From Centroscyllium fabricii (Eukaryota): DNA of 64,000 nucleotides. This document shows positions 48,890 to 60,035 of this stretch, piece by piece. Below the pieces are notes generated by a model. That model was not told the DNA's origin and ran no database searches. It worked only from the letters and a program-made list of their open reading frames with translations. Positions within the stretch are counted from its first letter, which is position 1. The number at the start of each line of letters is the position of its first letter. The translations under genes were made by a program, and so were the position numbers. The stretch is taken from contig JBNRSN020000001.1 of assembly GCA_051313645.2 (NCBI GenBank), forward strand, positions 389,360,001 through 389,424,000. Direction: 5' to 3'.

Positions 48890-51800
48890 TCACAATAAGT
48901 CTGTCCGGCGGTCGTGACTGCCTGGAGGATCACCGGCGCTCCGGTGTTGGTGGTGGTGCCTCCTGGGTCGAATCGCCCGCGTCTGCCAGCGCTGTGGCTT
49001 CAGGTGGCGGTGGGCTCGGTTGGTCCCCGCCGTCCGGGTCGTAGTCGGGGAAACTCAGGGGCCATCGTGTGTCTGGTGGTTGATCGGCCTGCTGGCCGGC
49101 CGGGGACTCTGCGGTGGTGCTCCCTGCGGGAGCCAGGTCCCTGATGGACACGGTGTCCTCACGCCCGTCCGGGAACTGCACGAAGGCGTAGTGCGGGTTT
49201 GCGTGTAGGAGCTGTACCTTGTCCACCAGGGGGTCCGTCTTGTGGCTCCGGACATGCCTTCTAAGCAAAACCGGCCCCGGAGTCGTCAGCCATGGAGGAA
49301 GAGCTGTCCCCGAAGTCGACCTCCTGTTGAAAGAGAAAATCAGATCGTGCAGGGTGGCGTTAGTGGCAGTACATAACAGGGAGCGTATAGAGTGCAGCGC
49401 GTCTGGGAGGACTGCCTGCCAATGGGACACCGGAAGGCCTCTGGACTTAAGAGCCAGGGTGACCGCCTTCCAAATGATCCCATTCTCCCTTTCTACCTGG
49501 CCGTTCCCCCGGGGGTTATAACTGGTCGTTCTGCTCGTGGCAACCCCTCACCGTTGCGCTCGTCATGTCTGGGCAGGGGAAGGCGAAGGGGAAGCGGGAG
49601 AACTTATCCACTACCGTGAGGAAGTATGAGTTGCGGTCGGTGGAAGGGAGGGGGCCTTTGAAGTCCACGCTGAGACGTTCAAAGGGGCGGGTGGCCTTAA
49701 TGAGGTGTGCCGTGTCTGGCCGGAAAAAGTGGGGTTTGCACTCGGCGCAGACAGGGCACTCTCGGGTCATAGCCTTGATCTCCGTGATGGAGTAGGGGAG
49801 GCTACGGGATTTGACGAAGTGGGCGAGTCTGGTGACACCCGGGTGGCAAAGGCGGTCATGGAGGTCCTTCAGCCGGTCGAGCTGGGCACTGGCACACGTT
49901 CCCCTGGACAGTGCGTCCGGGGGTTCGTTGAGTTTGCCTGGTCGGTAAAGAATGTCGTACTCGTAAGTCGAGAGTTCGATCCGCCACCGCAGGATCTTAT
50001 CATTCTTGATTTTACCCCGTAGTTTATTGTTAAACATAAACGCCACCGACCGTTGGTCGGTGAGCAGGGTAAAACGCTTACCGGCCAGGTAATGACGCCC
50101 GTAGCGCACGGCCTCCACGATGACGGGGGAGTCCAGAACCAGGGGCCACAGTCTAAGGATAAGGGGTAAACCATTTAGGACAGACATGAGGAAGAATTTC
50201 TTCACTCAGAGAGTGGTGGGCCTGTGGAATTCCCTGCCACAGAGGGCGGTGGAGGCCAGTTCATTAAACATATTCAAGAGGGAATTGGATATATTTCTTC
50301 AAGCTAAAGCGATTAAAGGTTATGGAGAAAAGGCGGGGACGGGGTACTAGCTTGCTAAAGATCAGCCATGATCTCATTGAATGGCGGAGCAGGCTCGAAG
50401 GGCTGAATGGCCTACTCCTGCTCCTATCTTCTATGATTCTATGGCCTGGGCTTCCTTTTCCACTGCTGAGTGGCGAGTTTCGGGTCCCTGTAAGGTGCGG
50501 GAGAAAAACGCTACGGGCCTGCCTGCCTGATTCAGGGTGGCAGCAAAGGCAAAGTCCGAAGCGTCGCTCTCCACCTGGAAAGGGATGGATTCATCCACAG
50601 CGAGCATGGTCGCCTTGATAATATCTTCCTTTATCCTTGCGAATGCCATTTGGGCTTCTACAGAAAGGGGGAAGACGGCAGCCTTGAGGAGTGGTCTAGT
50701 CTTATCTGCGAACTGTGGGACCCATTGTGCATAATAGGAGAAAAATCCTAGGCATCTCCTCAAGGCTTTGGGGTTGTGAGGTAGGGGCAGTTCTTGCAGG
50801 GGTCGCATACGCTGTGGGTCGGGGCCGAGGAGCCCGTTCTCCACCACGTATCCGAGGATGGCGAGCCGGGCTGTATTAAAGACACATTTGTCCTTGTTAT
50901 ACGTAAGGTCCAGCTTGTCCGCCGTGGCGAGGAATTTGGCCAGATTGGCATCGTGGTCCTGCTGGTCGTGGCCGCAGATGGTCACGTTGTCCAGGTAAGG
51001 GAAAATGGCCTGCAAGTCGTTTTGGTCAACCATACGGTCCATCTCTCGTTGGAACACTGACACCCCGTTGGTCACGCCAAAGGGGACCCGGAGGAAGTGG
51101 TAGAGCCGACCGTTCGCCTCGAAGGCGGTGTAGGGGCGGTCGGCTTTCTGAATCGGGAGTTGGTGATACGCCGATTTAAGGTCGATCGTAAAGAACACCT
51201 TGTACTGGCCGATCTGATTGACCATTTCCGAGATGCGGGGAAGGGGGTAGGCGTCGAGCCCGGTGTAGCGGTTGATAGTCTGGCTGTAATCGATAACCAG
51301 CCGCTGTTTTTCACCAGACTTCACCACTACAACTTGGGCGCGCCAGGGGCTGGTGCTGGCTTCAATTATCCCCTCCTTCAGCATCTGCCCGACCTCCGAC
51401 CTGATAAACGTGCGATCCCCCTCACTGTACCGCCGACTCTTAGTAGCAATCGGTTTGCACTTCGGATCGAGGTTGGCGAACAGCGAGGGGGGGTCGATTT
51501 TCAGGGTGGAGAGGCCGCAGGCCGGGCTCCGCTTTGGGAGGAGATTGTCCCGGCTACTGATGGTGAGGGGGGGCAAGGTCCCGCCGAACTCCATTGTCAC
51601 ACTCCTGAAGTGGCACTGGAAATCCAAACCTAGTAAGGCTGGGGCACACAACTGTTGGAGGGTATATAATTTAAAATTACGGTACGCGCGCCCCTTGACG
51701 GTGAGCGTGACGGAGCAGTAGCCGGTGACGTCCGCGGTGTGGGACTGTGAAGCTAGGGAGACTTGGTAGTTGGTGGGCAGGACCTGCAGCCCGCAGCGCC

Positions 51801-53208
51801 GCACTGTATCGGGGTGAACAAAACTCTCAGTGCTGCCTGTGTCGAAAAGGCAGTCAACAGTGTAGTTATTAATGTTAATCGGCATTATGGAGTTAGACAG
51901 GGTATGGGGCCTGCCCTGGCTAACTCTGATTCTGGTTGCCGCAGCCCCTGCTGCTCGGGGCTGCGCACAAGATGGCGGCGCCCCTGGCTCGCACATGGTG
52001 GGGCCCTGGATACAAGATGGCGGCGCCCCTGGCTCGCACATGGAGGTGCCCTGGATACAAGATGGCGTCGCCCCTGGCTCGCACATGGAGGGGCCCTGAG
52101 TACAAAATGGCGTTTCCGAGGGGATGCACATGGTGGGGCCCTGTGGACGCGCTGGCGGCGCCCGTGATTCGCACGTAGCGGACCGCGGTGATCGGGTTGG
52201 CGGTGCCCGTGATTCGCACGCAGCGGGCCGCGCTGGTCGGGTTGGCGGTGCCCGTGATTCGCACGCAGCCGGCCGCGTTGGGGGGTCGCGCTTGGCCGGC
52301 CTTTGCCGCAGCGGAGTGGGGGATGGGGGCGCTTGTTGTCTACCCCAGGACCGTCGCTGGAAGTCGCTGCTATTGCAGCTTACCTGGTGTCTGTCGGTGC
52401 TCTCACAGGCTGCACTGTTGTACCTTGAGTTGGGCGCTGCTGGAGCTGATCTGCAGGCCTTAGCGTAGTGTCCCTTCTTCGCATATTTCTCGCAGGTCGC
52501 TGTCCTGGCTGGGCATTTCGCTCTTGGGTGCAGTTCCTGGCTGCAGAAGTAGCAGCGCTTGTCTTTAGTGTCTTTAGTGGCCGTCGCGGCCATCCTGGGG
52601 GCCTCGGCCCGTTGCGCCCAGGCCTGGGCCTGTTGTGGCGCGGCCCATATGTTGTAGGCTTGCGGGTTAGTGCCGCTGTACGCCTGTAACTTGCTTCGGG
52701 CCCCCTCTACTGATTTGGCTATCTTAGTCGCCTCCTCGAGGGATAAATCGTCTTTCTCTAGTAGCCGCTGGCGGGCTTCCACACACCTCAGTCCTGTAAT
52801 GTAAGCGTCCCGAACGAGGAGTTCTGCCTCCTCTTCAGCTGTTCTGACTTGGCAGCCACAGACTCGCACCAAGGCCAGGAGCGCTTGCTCGAACTCCTCA
52901 TTGGACTCACCCGGTAGCTGAGATCTGGTCGCAAGCACATGTCGGGCTTAGACCGAATGGACCGGGCGCTCATAACATTTTTTCAGAATTCGTACAGCCG
53001 CTACGTAGGATGAGGCGTTCCTGATGAGGGTGAATACCCTGCTGGAGATCCTCGATTGTAGGACATGCAGCTTGTTCCTGTCCGTTGTAGCCTTGGCGGC
53101 GTCCATGTAGGCCTCCAGGAGGCCGAACCAGTGTTCGTACGTGGCGGCAGCGGCAGGGTCCTGGGGACTGATGTCCAGCTTCTCAGGTTTAACTGCGCTG
53201 CTCTCCAT
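48890..53208 (-). pseudogene. gag-pol of element B, single frame, disrupted
   Basis: MESSAVKPEKLD start; TAA at 52948; zinc knuckles; FDTGS; YLDN; SDASD; CR1 insertion in RNase H; integrase core deletion at ~49547. Confidence 0.92.
50123..50443 (+). mobile_element. CR1 3' fragment nested in RNase H of element B
   Basis: ESRTRGHSLRIRGKPFRTDMRKNFF; tail CTATGATTCTATG; removal restores ..AQAIVEAVRY.. Confidence 0.93.
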
Positions 53209-54021
53209 TTTAAAAATAATTAGCAATTAAAATTGACGTATCGTCAATACCTTCGATTAAAAGAGTCGACGAGTAGTTACCGAAACTAAAGGCTTTTAAT
53301 TGCTAAGAATGGAGCTACCCTCCGGAACGAACTTCAGTACAGGAATGAAGGAGCCTCGGTCAGATCTCACCTATAACGGGCCTCACCTGGGGGAGGAGTT
53401 GGAGGTGTGGCTGACCTGGCTCCCAACAGTGTCACAGTATACAGGGCTGTGCCTAACATCTGCACAGCCCATTATAATGATACAGTGGTAGAACAGACAT
53501 AAAAGGGTTACCACACTAACCAATTTTAATCTCCTCACTCCACACTGGGACCCTGGTACTCACCAATTTTAATCTCCTCACTCGACACTGGGACTCTGGT
53601 ACTCAACGAGTTAATTCCCATCACTCTACACTGGGACTCTGATACTCAACGCGGTTAGTCCCCTCACTCCACACTGGGACCGTTGTACTCAATCAGGTTA
53701 ATCCCCTCACTCTACATTGGGACTGTGGTACTCAACGGGTTTAGTCTCATGTCCCTACCCTGGGACTGTGGTACTCACCCAGATTAGTTCCATCACTGCA
53801 CACTGGAACTGTGCTACTCACCCAGGTTAATCCCTTTACTACACACTGGGACTGTGGTACTTGTGGTAACCGTTGTATGTACAGTAATTACCACCATAAT
53901 ATTGTGTCCAATATTATCTGTATGTGTAGCGGTCGGGTGCATGATGCAACTGTCCTGTGTTGCGACACTGTTGTGGGGCCAGGTCAGCCACACCTCTAAC
54001 TCCTCCCCTCAGGTGAGTGCC

Positions 54022-54103
54022 TTATAGGTGGGGACTGACCGGCCCCCATTCATTCTGTACCTGATGTTCGATCGGAGCGTAGCTCCATTGTAAGCTAATA
54101 AAA
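54022..54103 (+). promoter_or_regulatory. Predicted LTR core promoter and poly(A) signal of element C
   Basis: TTATAGGTG at 54022, Inr-like TCATTC at 54050, AATAAA at 54097; same order and similar spacing in the B and D LTRs. Confidence 0.6.
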
Positions 54104-54188
54104 GGCTTGAGTTAAGGTAACTACTCGTCTTTAGTTTTATTAGATTATTGACGATAATACGTCAATTTTATTAGCTTAAAAATTTGAA

Positions 54189-57100
54189 ATGGAGAGCGGC
54201 GCTGTGAAACCCGAAAAGCTGGACATTAGTCCACAGGACCCAACCGCCGCCAACACCTTCGAACACTGGTTTGGCCTCCTGGAGGCCTACATGGACACCG
54301 CCAAGGCTACAACCGAGGGGAACAAGCTACAGGTTCTCCGATCCAGGATCTCCAGCTGGGTATTCTCCTTCATATGTGATGCCAAAACGTACCCCGATGC
54401 GGTGGCTAAACTGAAGAAATGCTACGAGCGCCCGGTCCACTCAGTCTACGCCAGACATGTGCTCGCGACCAGACCACAACTACCGAGTGAGTCAAACGAA
54501 CAGTTCGAGCAGGCACTCCAAGCCCTGGTCCGGGTCTGTGGCTGCCAACCACGGACAGCAGAAGAGGAGGTGAACCTCCTCGTCCGGGACGCCTATGTAA
54601 CGGGACTCAGGTCCGCAGAGGCCCGCCAGCGGCTGCTGGAAAAAGACTCTTTAACTTTGGAGGAGGCGAACTCTATCTCCAACTCTGTGGAGGGCGCACG
54701 CCGCAAGCTGCAGGCGTACGGCGGCCCAAACCCACAGGCCTACGACGCGTGGGCAGCCCCACAACGGGTCGAGACCCCTACGATGGCAGCGGCAGCTGCG
54801 AAACCGCCGGCGGAGAAGAGATGCTACTTCTGCGGCCAGGGACTACACCCACAGGCAAAATGCCCAGCGAAGACCGCGACCTGCGAGAGGTGCTCCAAGA
54901 AAGGACACTATGCCAAGGCCTGCAGATCAGCCCCGGCGTCCAGCTCCAGGTACAACAGCGCGGCCTGCGAAAGCTCTCAGGTAAGCTGCAACTGCAGCAC
55001 GACCCAGCGACGGTCCGGGGGTAGAGTACAAGCACCCCCATCTCCCACCCCGAGGCGGCAGAGGCCGGCTGCACCCACGGCACGCCAAATTCAGCCACGG
55101 CCGGCCATGCGCGACCCCCCAACGCCAGCATCCCGCCCAGCGCGGCTCGCTGCGTGCGAATCACGGGCACCGCCAACCCAGCCACCGTGGCCCGCTGCGT
55201 GCGAACCACGGGCGCCGCCAGCTTGTCCGCAGCGGCCCGCCATGTGCGACCCCCGGCGCCGCCATCTTGTCTTCAGCGACCAGCCATGTGCGACTCTCCG
55301 GCGCCGCCATTTTGTCCCCAGAGGTCGGCCATGTGCGAAACACGGGCTTGTGTACGGCCCCGACCAGCGGAGGGCTCACACACACACTCACACACTTCGG
55401 CCTCAGCCATCCCGAAAGTCGATCAGGCTAGGCCGCACACCCTATCAAATTCCATGATGGGGATTAAAGTCAACGGCCATGTCACGAACTGCCTGTTCGA
55501 CACCGGAAGCACAGAGAGCTTTATTCACCCCGATACAGCGCAGCGCTACGGACTGCAGATCCGGCCCACGCGCTACCAGGTCTCCCTTGCTTCACAGTCC
55601 CACACCGCGGACGTCACCGGCTACTGGTCCGTCACGCTCACAGTTAAGGGCAGCGTGTACCGTAATTTTAAATTGTACATTCTGAAACAGTTGCGCTCCC
55701 CAGTCTTACTCGGACTGGATTTCCAGTGCCACCTTAAGAGCTTGACAATGGAGTTCGGCGGGACCCTGCCCCCCTTCACCGTCAGTAGCCGGGACAATCC
55801 CTTCCCAAAGCGGAGCCCGGCCTGCGGCCTCTCTACCCTGAAAGTCGACCCCCCCTCACTGTTCGCCAACCTCGACCCCAACTGCAAGCCCATTGCTACC
55901 AAGAGTCGGCGTTACAGTGCAGGGGATCGGACGTTTATCAGGTCGGAGGTCGGGCGTATGCTAAAGGAGGGGATAATTGAAGCCAGCACCAGCCCCTGGT
56001 GGGCCCAGGTTGTAGTGGTGAAGACTGGCAAGAAACACCGGATGGTTATCGATTATAGCCAGACCATTAACCGCTACACCGGGCTCGACGCCTACCCCCT
56101 CCCCTGCATCTCGGAAATGGTTAACCAGATCGCCCAATACAAGATGTTCTCCACAATCGACCTTAAGTCAGCGTATCACCAACTCCCGATCCGGAAAGCC
56201 GACCGCCCGTACACCGCCTTCGAGGCGAACGGTCGGCTCTACCACTTCCTCCGGGTCCCCTTCAGCGTGACCAACGGAGTGTCAGTGTTCCAAAGGGAGA
56301 TGGACCGCATGGTTGACCAGAACGGGTTGCAGGCCACCTTCCCCTACCTGGACAATGTGACCATCTGCGGCCATGACCAGCAGGACCACAATGCCAATCT
56401 GGCCAAATTTCTCGACAGGGCAAAACGGCTAGATCTCACATACAACAAAGACAAGTGTGTCTTTAGTACAGATCGGCTCGCCATCCTCGGATACGTGGTG
56501 GAAAACGGGGTCCTCGGCCCCGACCCACAGCGTATGCGCCCCTTACAGGAACTGCCCCTTCCTCGCAACCCCAAAGCCCTGAAGAGTTGTCTGGGATTTT
56601 TCTCTTATTACGCACAATGGGTTCCCCAGTTCGCGGATAAGGCCAGACCGCTCCTCAAGGCTGCCGTCTTCCCCCTCTCGGCAGAAGCCCACACGGCATT
56701 CGCCAGGATCAAGGAAGATATCATCAAGGCGACTATGCACGCCGTTGATGAGTCCATCCCTTTCCAGGTGGAGAGTGACGCTTCGGACTTTGCCCTTGCC
56801 GCCACCCTGAATCAGGCAGGCAGGCCCATAGCGTTTTTCTCCCGCACCTTACAGGGACCCGAAATTCGCCACTCTGCAGTGGAAAAGGAGGCCCAGGCCA
56901 TTGTGGAGGCCATGCGCTACTGGCGTCATTACCTGGCCGGTAAGCGATTTACCCTGCTCACCAACCAACGGTCGGTCGCGTTTATGTTTAACAATAAACA
57001 AAAGGGTAAAATCAAGAATGATAAGATCCTGCGGTGGCGGATCGAGCTCTCGACTTACGAGTACGACATTCTTTACCGACCAGGCAAACTCAATGAACCC

Positions 57101-58371
57101 CCGGACGCACTGTCCAGGGGAACGTGCACCAGTGCCCAGCTAGACCGGCTGAAGGACCTCCATGATCGCCTCTGCCACCTGGGTGTCACCAGACTTGCCC
57201 ACTTCGTAAAATCTCGTAGCCTCCCCTACTCCATCACGGAGATCAAGGCTATGACCCGAGAGTGCCCTGTTTGCGCCGAGTGCAAACCCCAATTTTTCAG
57301 GTGAGACACGGCGCATCTCATTAAGGCCACCCGCCCCATTGAACGTCTAAGCATGGACTTCAAAGGCCCCCTCCCCATCACCGACCGCAACTCGTACTTC
57401 CTCACAGTCGTAGACGAGTTCTCCCGCTTCCCCTTCACCTTCCCCTGCCGAGCGCAACGGTGATCAAACACTTCACCACGCTGTTCGCCATTTTCGGTCT
57501 CCCCAGCTACATCCATAGCGACCGGGGGGCGTAGTTCATGAGCGATGAACTGCGCCAGTTTCTGCTCCAGAAAGGGGTTGCCTCGAGCAGAACGACCAGT
57601 TACAACCCCCGGGGGAACGGCCAGGTAGAAAGGGAGAATGGGATCATCTGGAAGGCGGTCACCCTGGCCCTGAAGTCCAGAGGCCTTCCAGTGTCCCATT
57701 GGCAGGCAGTCCTCCCTGATGCGCTGCACTCTATCCGCTCTCTGATATGTACGGCCACCAACGCCACACCTCACGACCTTATTTTTTCATTCCCCAGGAA
57801 GTCGACTTCGGGGACAGCCCTTCCACTGTGGCTCACGACGCCGGGGCCGGTCTTGCTTAGGAAACACGTCCACGGCCATAAGACCGAGTCCCTGGTAGAC
57901 AAGGTGCAGCTGCTGCACACCAACCCGCAGTACGCGTACGTACAGTTCCCGGACGGGCGCGAGGACACCGTCTCCATCAAGGACCTAGCGCCCGCCGGGA
58001 GCACCACAGCAGAGCTCCTGGTCGGGCAGCAGCCCACCCAGCCACTATATTTCGGCCACCTCCAGCCACTACATATCGACCACTGGCCGATACACGACCC
58101 ACAACCCACCGGAGGCTGGCCGCCACTACCGTGTGGTCCGGAGCCCCCGCCATAGCCAGCTGAGGACCACGACTTGGATGGCTCGGACCCACCGCCACCA
58201 CCAGCACCTACAGTACCGACTCCAGCGCTGCCTTCACCACCATCGGCCCCAACGTCGCCGGTGCTACAGGAACCGGAACATTCGACAGAGACCCGGCGGT
58301 CCTCCAGACAGACGCGACCGCCGGATAAACTAATCATGAACTGCTCTGTCCATTCACCCCGCCGGACTTGA
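54189..58371 (+). pseudogene. gag (54189..55457) and pro-RT-RNase H-integrase (55154..) of element C; integrase disrupted
   Basis: CYFCG..H....C, CERCSKKGHYAKAC, FDTGS, YLDN, SDASD, HDRLCH..CPVC; TGA at 57302; further lesions at ~57450 and ~57532. Confidence 0.92.
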
Positions 58372-58780
58372 TTTTCAAAGAAAGGGTGAATGTGGTAACC
58401 GTTGTATGTACAGTAATTACCACCATAATATTGTGTCCAATATTATCTGTATGTGTAGCGGTCGGGTGCATGATGCAACTGTCCTGTGTTGCGACACTGT
58501 CGTGGGGCAGGTCAGCCACACCTCTAACTCCTCCCCTCAGGTGAGTGCCTTATAGGTGGGGACTGACCAGCCCCCATTCATTCTGTACCTGATGTTCGAT
58601 CGGAGCGTAGCTCCATTGTAAGCTAATAAAAGCCTTGAGTTAAGGTAACTACTCGTCTTTAGTTTTATTAGATTATTGACGATACGTCAGTACTCATCCA
58701 TGTTAATCACCTCACTCTTCAGTGGGACTGTGGTACTCACCCAACTTACTCACATCAGTCTACACTGGGGCTGTGGTACT

Positions 58781-59092
58781 CAATTCAATTCAATTCAAAT
58801 AGCTTTATTGGCATGAATGGTATCAACCGTTGTTGCCAAAGCATTGTAACATACACAAAAAATATTACATTAGTAGAGCATTGTAACATACATAAAAATA
58901 ATACATTAGTAGACGTAATACATAGAATAATACATTAGTAGACGTATTGACAACCGTACATTAGTTACGCACACATGTACATTTATACCCGCATATAGAG
59001 CTTGTATGCTCATCCTAGCTTCAATGGTCACTGGTTGTCCCTCTGCTTATGGCAAGCTGTGACGTAGTTTGCTATAAGCAGAGGGTAGCTCT
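58781..59092 (-). mobile_element. Second RTE-X-like 3' fragment
   Basis: (CAATT)n..CTTTATTGGCATGA and GGTCACTGGTTGTCCCTCTGCTT are reverse complements of 44165-44390. Confidence 0.85.
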
Positions 59093-60035
59093 CTCAGGTT
59101 AATCCCATCACTCTACACTAGGACTGTGGTATTCACCCAGGTTAGTCCCATCACTCTACACTGAGAGTGTGGTAATCATCAGGTTATTCCCTTCATTCTT
59201 GACTGGGACTGTGGTACTCAATGAAGTTAGTCCCATTACTCTATGCTGGGACTGTGGTACTCACCCAGGATAATCTCCTCACTCTATACTGGGACTGTGA
59301 CACTCACCCAGGTTAGTCTCATCACTCTACACTGGGACTGTTGTACTCACCCAGGTTATTCCCATCACTCTACACTGGGACTGTGGTACTCAATGAAGTT
59401 AGTTCCATCACTCTACGCTAGGACTGTAGTATGCACTCAGGTTAATCCCCTCACTCTGCACTGGGACTGTGGTACTCATCCAGGTTAATCCCCTCACTCT
59501 GCACTGGGACTGTGGTACTCACCCAGGTTAATCCCCTCACTCTATACTGGGACTGTGGCACTCACCCAGGTTAGTCTCATCACTCTGCACTGGGACTGTG
59601 GCACTCACCCAGGTTAGTCCCATCACTCTACACTGGGACTGTGGTACTCAACGAGGTTAGTTCCGTTACTCAACACTGGGATTGTGGTACTCACTCAGGT
59701 AAGTCTCATCGCTCCACGCTGAGACTGCAGCACGTTTGTATCTGAAGTAAAAGTACTGCCTCTCCATCCATTTTATCTGTTGTAACAAGAAAAAAACATG
59801 TTTTCATGACATTTGATACATCATTAACCTCTTGTTAAATTAATAAATTTCAGCCTTGTGTGGGATGACATAATTGATTATGTGACGATGTCATCAAAAC
59901 ATCAAGTAATCTATACTGTAAACATTTCATCAGTATTGAAAAGAGAGCTGTGTAAACTCAGAGAACCATTCACACACCCTCCCACTGCTGCACAAATGTT
60001 CTCATTGCAGCCATTTTGGCATCTTGTATGACACT

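Larger units (their letters stand above)
48548..53515 (-). mobile_element. Ty3/Gypsy element B (family B/C/D)
   Basis: LTRs 53234-53515 (5') and 48548-48836 (3'); TSD CTAAC; PPT AAGAAGGGGTGAA on minus strand; no TGG-type PBS. Confidence 0.97.
53862..58689 (+). mobile_element. Ty3/Gypsy element C (family B/C/D)
   Basis: LTRs 53862-54164 and 58391-58689; TSD GTACT; PPT AAAGAAAGGGTGAA; no TGG-type PBS. Confidence 0.97.
34521..59727 (+). repeat. 43-bp satellite array, consensus CTACACTGGGACTGTGGTACTCACCCAGGTTAGTCCCATCACT, interrupted by many TEs
   Basis: Head-to-tail monomers in constant orientation, e.g. TCTACAC at 36481, 36524, 36567. Confidence 0.98.

Noticed and set aside
34521-59727. CRISPR-like array
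   Set aside because: Monomers are contiguous with no unique spacers, there are no cas genes, and the context is eukaryotic
34521-59727. Hammerhead ribozyme or V(D)J RSS in the monomer (CTGGATGAG, CACAGTC on minus strand)
   Set aside because: No GAAA core or three-stem topology; heptamer imperfect and no nonamer at 12/23 spacing
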